From: Planctomicrobium piriforme
GTDB lineage: Bacteria; Planctomycetota; Planctomycetia; Pirellulales; UBA1268
Direction: 5' to 3'
Assembly: GCA_945861585.1 (NCBI GenBank)
Contig: CAMAVC010000001.1
Span: 5,947 to 69,946 of the forward strand
Length of the DNA stretch: 64,000 bases
The notes beneath the pieces are model-generated. The model saw nothing but the letters and a program-made list of their open reading frames with translations. It was not told the origin of the DNA and did no database searches. Position numbers and translations under genes: made by a program. Shown here one piece after another: positions 52,909 to 61,181 of this stretch (the first letter of the stretch is position 1; each line of letters opens with the position of its first letter).

Positions 52909-54063
52909 CTACCGCTGGGCCGTGTCGGTGACAGCCGGCCGCTGGGCAGCGATCCGTTCGCCAACCTGCGTGACATACGACTGATCGTGGCGGCTGAGTC
53001 GCTCCAGCGGCACGGTCGTGTAATGACCGTTGCTCTTGAGGATCCGAATCCGATCAGGATGCACCTCCACGAGCCGGCCGATCGTCTGATGACGGCCGGT
53101 CGCATCGATCCACCGGCGGACGGGCTCGGGAGAAGCGTCGAGGACCGCGAACGGATCGTCCTCCGCCTTCTCGGTCTTTTCTTCTGCAGGCGCTTCGTCT
53201 GCGGATTCCTTGGCCGCGGGGGCCTTGTCGTCGGCGGGCGTGCCGGCCTCTGGCTCACCAAACAGATCCTCGACCGGCTCTTCGGCGGGTGCCTTCTTCA
53301 TCGGCGCCGGCTTTTCCGCTGCCGGCTCTTCGGCGGCTGGTTCATCCTCGGCCTCATCGAACAGATTCTCTTCGGCCGGCTTCGGCGCGGGCTTCTTGGG
53401 GGCGGGCTCGGGGGCCGGTTCGACCGGGACAGGCGGTTCATCCTGAGGAGCGGGCTTCTCGTCAGCGGCCTTCTTCATGGGGGGCTCCGCCACCGCGTTC
53501 TCGATCTGATCCTGCTCGGCTGATTCGGCGAGAATCTCGGCAGCGGTTTTGAACTGCGGTTCAGCGGCCGGCGCAGCCGGTGGTTTCGCCGCCTCGATCG
53601 CGGCCTTCTCGATGCGTTCCTGCTCGGCCGACTCGGCGAGAATCTCAGCGGCAGATTTGAACTGAGGCTGCGGCGTTGGCGGCGTCGCGGGCGCGGGCGC
53701 GAGCGGCTTCTCCGCGGAGACCGGGGCGATCGGCTCGAGCGGCTGCAGTGGCTCCGTGACGGGCTGCGGAACGACCTGTTTCGGCGTTTCAACGATCGCG
53801 GGTGCGGCCGACTGAGGGGCAGGGAAGTGCGGCTGCTCGACGACCGGCCCCAGTTCGGCCTCGGGTGTCGAGTCGACGATCACTGCGCGTGCCGACCCGT
53901 CACAGGGCACGCAGTGGTGCGAAGCATGGCGGACGACACGGCAGGTCACCACCCGGCAGCGCGGGCGGCATCTGTTCCGCAGAAACCGGCAGGCCGATGC
54001 CGAGTCGATCGAGAGGAGAACCGTGAGAACGCCCACCACGAGCACGCGCAACCAACGACGCAC
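52909..54063 (-). CDS. secreted Pro/Ala/Glu-rich protein with C-terminal SHD1-like domain
   Basis: GTG start preceded by AGAGGTG. It has a signal or TM segment, then a Cys/Arg-rich stretch CRFLRNRCRPRCRVVTCRVVRHASHHCVPC. The internal repeat PQFK[ST]AAEILAESAEQ occurs twice. The C-terminal RRWIDATGRHQTIGRLVEVHPDRIRILKSNGHYTTVPLERLSRHDQ resembles SHD1. Confidence 0.7.
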   Translation of the reverse strand: MRRWLRVLVVGVLTVLLSIDSASACRFLRNRCRPRCRVVTCRVVRHASHHCVPCDGSARAVIVDSTPEAELGPVVEQPHFPAPQSAAPAIVETPKQVVPQPVTEPLQPLEPIAPVSAEKPLAPAPATPPTPQPQFKSAAEILAESAEQERIEKAAIEAAKPPAAPAAEPQFKTAAEILAESAEQDQIENAVAEPPMKKAADEKPAPQDEPPVPVEPAPEPAPKKPAPKPAEENLFDEAEDEPAAEEPAAEKPAPMKKAPAEEPVEDLFGEPEAGTPADDKAPAAKESADEAPAEEKTEKAEDDPFAVLDASPEPVRRWIDATGRHQTIGRLVEVHPDRIRILKSNGHYTTVPLERLSRHDQSYVTQVGERIAAQRPAVTDTAQR

Positions 54064-54258
54064 GAGACACCTCTGCAGGAAAAATAGGGATCAGAGCCGG
54101 ACGCTCGAGAACGCTACGTCACGCTCGGCTCGTATGCTAATTCCGGGGGAAGACCCGGGCAAACCCGTAGCAGCCGTGTCCCCGCAGGACCGGCAGAGCC
54201 GCTCCAACCACACTCGGGGCGGCCTGGGTGAGGAGCCTTTTCCGTGGCGGAAAATGAC

Positions 54259-54293
54259 GGAGGCCGTGGCAGCTTGGGTCTGCCACGGCCTCC
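54259..54293 (-). terminator. strong hairpin (14-bp perfect stem, 7-nt loop) followed on the minus strand by a T4 run
   Basis: GGAGGCCGTGGCAG-cttgggt-CTGCCACGGCCTCC, read directly. The minus strand continues GTCATTTTCC. It lies 243 nt downstream of the nrdJ stop and upstream of the SHD1 gene promoter region. Confidence 0.45.
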
Positions 54294-54461
54294 GGTAGAT
54301 CGAACCTGCCGTCCGCCTGCGAACGGGGTAAACATTGCGAGACTGATGCGGATCGGGCCGTGACGGGCACGTGCTTTTCAAAGGATCCGGATCAACGCGT
54401 TGGGGTTGGCACCTCCGACGGAATGCGGCGACAGGTCGAATTTCGATGACGGAGAAATCGG

Positions 54462-54477
54462 CCGGGGCCGGCCCCGG
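54462..54477 (-). terminator. 16-nt GC palindrome CCGGGGCCGGCCCCGG about 60 nt after the nrdJ stop
   Basis: Read directly. The minus strand continues CCGATTTCTCC, a weak T-tract. Confidence 0.3.
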
Positions 54478-54535
54478 GCTCCACGCCATCACACCTGCCG
54501 TCGCATATCCGTCACAACCCGCCCAAGCCGACCCG

Positions 54536-57500
54536 TCACGAGCATCCCATGCTGTTGCCGCAGTTGTGGCAAAGGTAGCAGTTACCATTCCGCACCGTGA
54601 TCGAGCCGCAGTTGTCACACGCCGGGGCGTCGATCTGGAACTTGGCAAACTGCGTCTGCCGGTCGGCCGGGCTGGCGTTCGGGTCGGCGGCCATTTTCAG
54701 GCCCGCCCGCTCCAGCAGTGCCGCCGATGCCGTGACCTTCGCCGGGGCCGCCTTGACGGCCGTGGCGGTCGTGGCGGTCGCGTGGCCGTTGGTACCGGCC
54801 GGGTGCTTGCCACGGCTCGTCGTCGCTTCGCCGTTGGTGCGGGCCTTTCCTTGCCCATCGGCCAGCCCGCTCGCCGTCGTGGCGGCGGGCTTACGCTCAC
54901 TTTCGGCGTCGTCACCCGCAGCGGCCTCCTCGCCGCCGCCGTAGCCACCAGGCCGGTTCGCTTCGCGATAGCCCGGGATGAACTCGGTGCCCATCCAGCG
55001 GAAGAGATAGTCGACGAGGCTCTTCGCCACCGGGATGTCGGGGTTCTTCGTGTAGCCCCACGGTTCGAAGCGGGTGTGTGAGAACTTCTTCACATACACC
55101 TCGAGCGGCACGCCATATTGAAGGCTCATCGACACGCTCGTGCCGAAGGCGTCCATGAGGCCGCCGATCGTGCTGCCCTCCTTGGCCATCGTGATGAACA
55201 ACTCGCCCGGGCGGCCGTCGTCGTAGAGGCCGACCGTGATGTAGCCCTCGTGGCCGCCCACGTTGAACTTGTGGGTCACGCTGCGACGGGTATCGGGCAG
55301 GCGTTCCCGCCGCGGGGCCGCCGTGACCTTCGCCGCGGCCTTGTCGCTCTCACTGCTCGTGTTGAGCGGCTGGCTTTCCTTCGAGCCGTCGCGGTAGATG
55401 GCCAGTGCCTTGAGGCCGAGCCGCCAGCCTTCCATGTAGGCTCCGGAAATGTCGGCCGGCGTCGTCTCCCGTGGCATGTTCACCGTCTTGGAGATCGCGC
55501 CCGAGATGAATGGCTGGGCCGCCGCCATCATCTTCACGTGCGCCTCCCAGGCGATGCTCCGCTTGCCGAGCCGCGGCTTGAATGCACAGTCGAACACCGA
55601 CAGATGCTGATCTTTGAGCGCCGGAGCCCCTTCGATCGTGTCATTCTTGTCGATGAACGACAGAATGCCCTCGACGGCCGGTTCGTCGTAGCCGAGCGTG
55701 CGCAGTGCGAGCGGTACGGTCTGGTTGACGATCTTGAGCATGCCGCCACCGGCGAGCTGCTTGTACTTGACGAGCGCGATGTCGGGCTCGATGCCCGTCG
55801 TGTCGCAGTCCATCAGGAAGCTGATCGTACCGGTCGGGGCGAGCACCGTGGCCTGGGCATTGCGGTAGCCGTGCTTGCGGCCACCCGAGAGCACTTCGTC
55901 CCAGATCTGCCGAGCGGCATCGTGCAGATGCTTCGGGCAGGAGGGGTCGATCTTCTCGACGGCGCTCCTGTGCATCTGCATGACGTTGAGCATCGGCTCC
56001 CGGTTGGCGGCGAAGCCCTCGAAGGGCCCGACCGCCGCGGCTAGTTCGGCACTCGTGCGATTGGCGGTGCCGTGGAGGATCGCCGTGAGCGCCCCGCAGA
56101 GGCCGCGGCCGGCGTCGCTATCGTAGGCCAGGCCGTCGGCCATGAGCAGGCTGCCGAGGTTTGAATAGCCGAGCCCGAGCGGCCGGTAGAGATGGCTATT
56201 TTTCGCGATTCGGCGGGTCGGATAGCTCGCGTGATCGACGAGAATCTCCTGGGCCACCAAGAAGATCCGGCAGGCCGCCGAGAACCGTTCGACGTCGAAG
56301 TGACCGTCGGGCTTGCGGAACTTCATCAGGTTGATGCTCGCCAGATTGCAGGCCGTGTCGTCCAGAAACATGTATTCCGAGCACGGATTGCTGGCGTTGA
56401 TCCGGCCCGCGGTCGGGCAGGTGTGCCAGCGGTTGATCGTGGTGTCGTATTGCACGCCCGGATCACCGCACTGCCAGGCACACTCGGCCATCCGGGTCAT
56501 CACCTCGCGGGCCTTGAAACTCGGGCCAGCCTTCGAGGGATCGGTGACCCAGCGGGTGGTCCAGGTGTCGTCGCGGTCGGCCGCCTCCATGAAATCGTCG
56601 GTGAGGCGGACCGAGAGGTTTGCATTCTGGAACAGGATCGAGCTGTAGGCCTCACCGTTGAAGTTGGAGTCGTAGCCCCCCTTCTCGATCAGCACGCGGG
56701 CCTTCTTCTCCTCCTTCGACTTGCACTCGATGAATTCCATGATGTCGGGATGCGTCACCTTCAGCGACTGCATCTTGGCGGCGCGGCGGGTCTTGCCGCC
56801 GCTCTTCACCACGGCCGCCACCTGGTCGTAGACCCTCATGAACGAGAGCGGGCCCGACGGCTTGCCGCCGCCGGCGAGCTTTTCCCGCTGGCTGCGGAGC
56901 GTGGAGAGGTCGGTGCCGGTGCCGGAGCCGAATTTGAAGAGCATGGCCTCGCTGCGGGCGAGTTCCATGATGTCTTCCATGTTGTCCTGCACGCTCTGGA
57001 TGAAGCAGGCGCTGCCCTGGGGATACTCATAGGGGTTGTCCGGCACCGCGACGTCGTGTTTGGCCTCGTCCCAACGCCAGTTGCAGGGCGCGCCCTTCAC
57101 GCCGTATTGGTGAAACAGGCCCACGTTGAACCACACCGGCGAGTTGAAGGCACCGTGCTGGTGGACGCAGAGCCAGGCCAGGTCGCGGTAGAAGTTCTCG
57201 CCGTCTTGCTTCGTCTTGAAATAGCCGTCCTTGATGCCCCAATCGGCGATCGTGCGGGCGACGCGGTGGACGAGCTGCTTCACCGAGTGCTCGCGCTCGG
57301 GCGTGTGGATCTCGCCGTAGAAATACTTGCTCACCACGACGTTCGTCGCCAGCTGGCTCCAGGCAGCTGGAATCTCGCAGGCCGGCTGCTCGAAGAGCAC
57401 CTTGCCGTCTTCGCCCTTGATGGCGGCGGTGCGCAGCTCCCACTCCGTGGTATCGAACGGACTCTCAGCCTCCACCGGGCAGAACGTCGGCTGGATGGCG

Positions 57501-57595
57501 AGCGGCTGCCGGGGGGCACTGCCGCTGGTCGCCGGGCCGGTGGTGTCCGGGGAGGCCGTGGTCGCGAAGCCGGCGGTGGGGTCGAACGCTGCCAT
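54536..57595 (-). CDS. nrdJ: adenosylcobalamin-dependent ribonucleotide reductase, class II
   Basis: Motifs: NVVVSKYFYG, SNPCSEYMFLDDTACNLASINL, and the C-terminal Cys cluster CDNCGSITVRNGNCYLCHNCGNSMGCS. AAGGAG lies upstream of the ATG. Confidence 0.92.
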   Translation of the reverse strand: MAAFDPTAGFATTASPDTTGPATSGSAPRQPLAIQPTFCPVEAESPFDTTEWELRTAAIKGEDGKVLFEQPACEIPAAWSQLATNVVVSKYFYGEIHTPEREHSVKQLVHRVARTIADWGIKDGYFKTKQDGENFYRDLAWLCVHQHGAFNSPVWFNVGLFHQYGVKGAPCNWRWDEAKHDVAVPDNPYEYPQGSACFIQSVQDNMEDIMELARSEAMLFKFGSGTGTDLSTLRSQREKLAGGGKPSGPLSFMRVYDQVAAVVKSGGKTRRAAKMQSLKVTHPDIMEFIECKSKEEKKARVLIEKGGYDSNFNGEAYSSILFQNANLSVRLTDDFMEAADRDDTWTTRWVTDPSKAGPSFKAREVMTRMAECAWQCGDPGVQYDTTINRWHTCPTAGRINASNPCSEYMFLDDTACNLASINLMKFRKPDGHFDVERFSAACRIFLVAQEILVDHASYPTRRIAKNSHLYRPLGLGYSNLGSLLMADGLAYDSDAGRGLCGALTAILHGTANRTSAELAAAVGPFEGFAANREPMLNVMQMHRSAVEKIDPSCPKHLHDAARQIWDEVLSGGRKHGYRNAQATVLAPTGTISFLMDCDTTGIEPDIALVKYKQLAGGGMLKIVNQTVPLALRTLGYDEPAVEGILSFIDKNDTIEGAPALKDQHLSVFDCAFKPRLGKRSIAWEAHVKMMAAAQPFISGAISKTVNMPRETTPADISGAYMEGWRLGLKALAIYRDGSKESQPLNTSSESDKAAAKVTAAPRRERLPDTRRSVTHKFNVGGHEGYITVGLYDDGRPGELFITMAKEGSTIGGLMDAFGTSVSMSLQYGVPLEVYVKKFSHTRFEPWGYTKNPDIPVAKSLVDYLFRWMGTEFIPGYREANRPGGYGGGEEAAAGDDAESERKPAATTASGLADGQGKARTNGEATTSRGKHPAGTNGHATATTATAVKAAPAKVTASAALLERAGLKMAADPNASPADRQTQFAKFQIDAPACDNCGSITVRNGNCYLCHNCGNSMGCS

Positions 57596-57634
57596 GAGGC
57601 GGAAACTCCTTGCGAGGAAAGTGTCGAGCCGAGA

Positions 57635-57644
57635 AAGTATACTT
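57635..57644. promoter_or_regulatory. 10-bp perfect palindrome AAGTATACTT in an AT-rich patch about 40 nt upstream of the nrdJ start (candidate operator)
   Basis: Read directly. Context on the plus strand is gagAAAGTATACTTCCgtatagttatcgtg. I found only one such box. Confidence 0.25.
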
Positions 57645-58038
57645 CCGTATAGTTATCGTGCAAACCCTATCGGCCGGGTGAGGGGCCGGGGTTGAGGCGG
57701 TCAGCCGGCGAAAAAACGGGGAACCCGCGATTCAAAGAGAGCAGCTCCTTCTGCATGCTATCGCAAGATGTTGTGGCGGTCTTCCCGCGGACCACTCCAT
57801 ATGGCCGGGGCGTGAATGTAGCGTGAGCCCTTTGTGAGTCAAGCAGGTTTTGGCGGGGGTCCGGAAACCCCGTGGAATCTGGGTCCGTCGCGTGAGCGGG
57901 GCCGCGTGCAGGCGTGATAGCATGTTCCACCCAGGGGAGGGGTTTTCGCTGCGAGGCCTCGCCCGTCGCGGTGTGGCCTGCGAAAATGCTCCGCGTCATC
58001 CTCGCCTCAACCGGCTCGCTTCCCTCGGAGTTTCCGCC

Positions 58039-58596
58039 ATGCCCCACCTCCCTCCGCTCCACCATCAGCTCGACGGGGTCCGCGTCCTCACGCTCGTCGG
58101 TGACGACTACGAAGACCTGGAACTGTGGTATCCGAAACTGCGGCTCGAGGAGGCTGGTGCCCATGTCACCGTGGCCGGCGCGATGCAGGGCCGCACGTAT
58201 CCGGGCAAGCATGGCTACCCCTGCACGAGTGATGCCGCGATCAGCGACATGGAAGCCGCCGATTTCCACGGCATCGTGATTCCCGGCGGCTGGATGCCAG
58301 ACAAGCTGCGCCGCGATGAAAAAGTGCTCGAGCTCGTGCGTGAGTTTTCTGCGCACGGCAAGCTCGTGGCGGCGATCTGCCACGGCGGCTGGATTCCGAT
58401 TTCGGCGGGGGTCTACCGGGGCGTTCGCGTCACCGGCAGCCCCGGCATCAAAGACGACCTCATGAATGCCGGAGCGATCTGGGAAGACACCCCCGTGGTC
58501 ATCGATCGCCACCATGTGACGAGCCGCAAACCGGCCGATCTGCCGGCGTTCATGGCCGCGATCGTGGAGGTTCTCGCCGGCGTCGCGGTCGGCTGA
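58039..58596 (+). CDS. DJ-1/PfpI family protein
   Basis: Trimmed to MPHLPPLHHQLDGVRVLTLVGDDYEDLE. It has the nucleophile elbow AAICHGG and the motif IVIPGG. Confidence 0.85.
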   Translation: MPHLPPLHHQLDGVRVLTLVGDDYEDLELWYPKLRLEEAGAHVTVAGAMQGRTYPGKHGYPCTSDAAISDMEAADFHGIVIPGGWMPDKLRRDEKVLELVREFSAHGKLVAAICHGGWIPISAGVYRGVRVTGSPGIKDDLMNAGAIWEDTPVVIDRHHVTSRKPADLPAFMAAIVEVLAGVAVG

Positions 58597-58632
58597 CGGG
58601 GCCATGTGGCGTGTCGGCCGCAGGTGTAGACT

Positions 58633-59160
58633 GTGCCCATGGCACGACGAGCCAGCCACCACGGCACAGACGACATCCAGGCGGTGCAGGCCCGCATCCG
58701 CGGGGCAGGCCTCAGATGTACCGCCGCGCGGGTCGCAGTGCTTCAGTATCTGACCTCGGCCACCGGTCCGCTGACGCACGCGGAGGTCTCGGAGGCCGTC
58801 GGGCCCAGCAAAGGTTTCGACCGAGCCACGATCTATCGCAACCTCACCGAACTCACCGAAGCGGGCTTGGTCTCGCGCGTTGAGCTCGGCGACCACGTGT
58901 GGCGATTCGAGCTCAAGCGGCCCGGCCATGCGCATACGAAGGGGGAGGACCATCCACACTTCCTCTGCACGAGCTGCGGCGAGGTCTCCTGCCTCGACGA
59001 CGTGGACGTGGCGATCACGCCGAAGCCGGGCCGGCGCGGGAAGTCTGGCGCGGGCCGCACGCCCCGAGGAGCGTCACGGGCTGCCGCCGACGCGAAAGGC
59101 GCTGGCATCCGCTCGGTGACCGAGGTGTTGCTCAAAGGGCAGTGCGGCAACTGCGGGTGA
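58633..59160 (+). CDS. Fur-family metalloregulator (Fur/Zur/PerR type)
   Basis: Winged-helix segment: LRCTAARVAVLQYLTSATGPLTHAEV...ATIYRNLTELTEAGLV. HPHFLCTSCGEVSC and the C-terminal CGNCG give two CxxC pairs. Confidence 0.8.
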   Translation: MPMARRASHHGTDDIQAVQARIRGAGLRCTAARVAVLQYLTSATGPLTHAEVSEAVGPSKGFDRATIYRNLTELTEAGLVSRVELGDHVWRFELKRPGHAHTKGEDHPHFLCTSCGEVSCLDDVDVAITPKPGRRGKSGAGRTPRGASRAAADAKGAGIRSVTEVLLKGQCGNCG

Positions 59161-59166
59161 GAGAGC

Positions 59167-59982
59167 GTGCATCACTCGCCCGAAGGACGTCCGGTCGCCC
59201 CGCCGTATCCCCTCGTCAGCCCGCTGCCCCAGGCGATCTCGATCGTGATGCCATTCACGGCATCGCCCCGCGAGGTCGAGGCCCTGTCGGCCTGGGACAA
59301 GGCGATGATCGTCCTGTTTGCATGCGATCCACGCGTTCACGATCGCGCGCTGCAGTTGGGATATACGTCGATTCTGCACCAGGGTGCGACGGCGGGCGTG
59401 ATCCAGCCCGGTAGCGACAAGCCGTTCGTCCGGGACATGCTCGAGGCGGTTCTGAGGAAGTCCCCCGGCGCGGCGTGGTACGGCATCGCCAACTCCGACA
59501 TCCGGCCCTGTCCCCACGCCTTCGACAGCCTCTGCCGCGCCAACATCTACCACCGGATCTCGGTCGACGAGTGGGACGACCCGCACGGCCTGCCCTACTA
59601 CAACGGCGAGGACATGTTCGTGATGAACGAGGGCGTGACGCGGCAACTGGCCGCACGTATTCCTCACCTGGTCATCGGCGCGCCCTATTGGGACTCGTGG
59701 GTGGCGGCATATCTGAAGATCGCACACGACGCGCCGCGGTACTACGACCGGATCTTCCACAAGAAACACCCGATCGGCCATTCCCTGCACTCCGCGGAAG
59801 CGGCGCACAACCAGCGGCAGATCCGTTCCGACACCCACTGGAAACTCTACTGGAACAACAGGGCCCTGTTCAGCCACGAGGCGCTTCGCGACGCGGCGCA
59901 GATGCCGCTGCACTACACCGGGCCGACGACTGGAGGCCGCGGAGAAACTCCGCCATGCTCTGGGCCGTCGCCTGCCACGTGA
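59167..59982 (+). CDS. hypothetical protein (possible GT-A-like glycosyltransferase; weak)
   Basis: GTG start 7 nt after the Fur stop. Codon bias is strongly coding. ISIVMPF near the N-terminus and NGEDMFVM are reminiscent of GT-A proteins, but I cannot assign a family. Confidence 0.5.
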   Translation: MHHSPEGRPVAPPYPLVSPLPQAISIVMPFTASPREVEALSAWDKAMIVLFACDPRVHDRALQLGYTSILHQGATAGVIQPGSDKPFVRDMLEAVLRKSPGAAWYGIANSDIRPCPHAFDSLCRANIYHRISVDEWDDPHGLPYYNGEDMFVMNEGVTRQLAARIPHLVIGAPYWDSWVAAYLKIAHDAPRYYDRIFHKKHPIGHSLHSAEAAHNQRQIRSDTHWKLYWNNRALFSHEALRDAAQMPLHYTGPTTGGRGETPPCSGPSPAT

Positions 59983-60985
59983 ACCGCGCGGCGCGCTCGA
60001 TACCGTGCCGGCCATGCTCGTTTCTGGCCGCCCCGTCATGGAGCAGGCGAGCCATCTCCTGGGCAAACCCGGCCACGTTTCGGGGCGCCACGTAGATCGC
60101 CGCCTCGCCGCAGACTTCCGCGATCGCCGCCGCAGGCGTCGTCAGGACCGGCGTGCCGCAGGCCATCGCCTCGAGGGGCGGCAGGCCGAAGCCCTCGTAG
60201 AGCGACGGGTATGCGAGCGCGACGGCACCCGTGTAGGCGGCCTGGAGTTCGTGGTCGTCGAGATGCACGACGACCACGGGCGTGTCAGCCGCGAGCGCAG
60301 CCAATTCCGGCTCCAGTGCCGGGCGGCCGCCGCAGCAGAGGATGGCGAAGTCCCGGCGCAGGCTGCCGAGGTGCACAAGGGCGCGGAACACGAGCAGGGC
60401 GTTCTTGTAGTCGGTGCGGGTTCCACTGAGCATGATGTAGGGGCGCTCGAGGCCATATCGTCGCCTGAACGCCGTCACCGCGTCAGCCGGAGCGGGCGCG
60501 AAGTCCGTGCCGCAATGGGCCACGAGCCCCGGCACACCGTGCAGCCGTGGGTGGAACCACAGCAGGTCGACCGCCGATGTGTGCGAGATCGCGATGAACG
60601 CCCGGGCCGCGCGGATGGCCCGCGTCTTCTGCCGCCAGACCGGCTGGTCGAGGTCGAAGTTCAGCACCTCGGGGATCATGTCGTAGCACATGAACAGCGA
60701 CGGCGTGTGGAGCGGTGTGGTGTAATACGTCGACAGGAACCAGCCGGCGTTGACATGATCGCACACCCGCTGGAGCAGTTCGGCGTCGTGGTCGGGGTGG
60801 GTCAGCCGCTGGCGGGGCGCCCGCACGACGCGCAGGCCGGGGATCGGCGGCAGGGTGCCGCCACGGTCGACGACCACGAACTCCTCGGCGAAGGGCCCCT
60901 GCCCCCAAAGCGTCAGGATTCGCTGCCATTGCCGCGCGATCCCGGTCTGGCCGTGCTGAAAGAACACCGCGTCGAGGACGAACAT
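59870..60985 (-). CDS. glycosyltransferase family 1 (GT-B)
   Basis: Has the motif PSLYEGFGLPPLEAMACGTPVLTT. The 3' end overlaps the convergent gene by 113 nt. Confidence 0.85.
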   Translation of the reverse strand: MFVLDAVFFQHGQTGIARQWQRILTLWGQGPFAEEFVVVDRGGTLPPIPGLRVVRAPRQRLTHPDHDAELLQRVCDHVNAGWFLSTYYTTPLHTPSLFMCYDMIPEVLNFDLDQPVWRQKTRAIRAARAFIAISHTSAVDLLWFHPRLHGVPGLVAHCGTDFAPAPADAVTAFRRRYGLERPYIMLSGTRTDYKNALLVFRALVHLGSLRRDFAILCCGGRPALEPELAALAADTPVVVVHLDDHELQAAYTGAVALAYPSLYEGFGLPPLEAMACGTPVLTTPAAAIAEVCGEAAIYVAPRNVAGFAQEMARLLHDGAARNEHGRHGIERAARFTWQATAQSMAEFLRGLQSSARCSAAASAPRREAPRG

Positions 60986-61181
60986 CGGACGACATGCCTC
61001 TCCAGCAGCCGGTTCCGGGGGTGGCCCGCGTCAACAAAAATCAGACAGCGCCGCGGTTCGCCAGGCGGCGATAATGCACAGAGCATAACGAGGCCACCAC
61101 TTCCCCCACTGGAAACGTTCCAGCCACTCGTAAAAGGACCGATGCCCGATGGCTCCTAGGCCCGTTGGTGATCGTTTTTCC

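Noticed and set aside
52872-52920. Short tandem duplications after pgk: gcagtgaacc twice (period 13) and taccgctgggc twice (period 11, spanning the SHD1-gene stop).
   Set aside because: They are too short and too few to be more than replication-slippage microduplications. I mention them only in the SHD1 finding.
53100-53700. Repetitive DNA that might be mistaken for a CRISPR or tandem-repeat array.
   Set aside because: It lies entirely within the coding sequence of the Pro/Ala/Glu-rich SHD1 protein. The repeats are in-frame amino-acid repeats of unequal spacing, and no cas genes are present.
57596-58038. Cobalamin riboswitch in the nrdJ leader.
   Set aside because: I could not find the conserved B12-box or the GGGAA...GGTG...CC core on the minus strand. 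A B12-dependent RNR is also not an expected riboswitch target.
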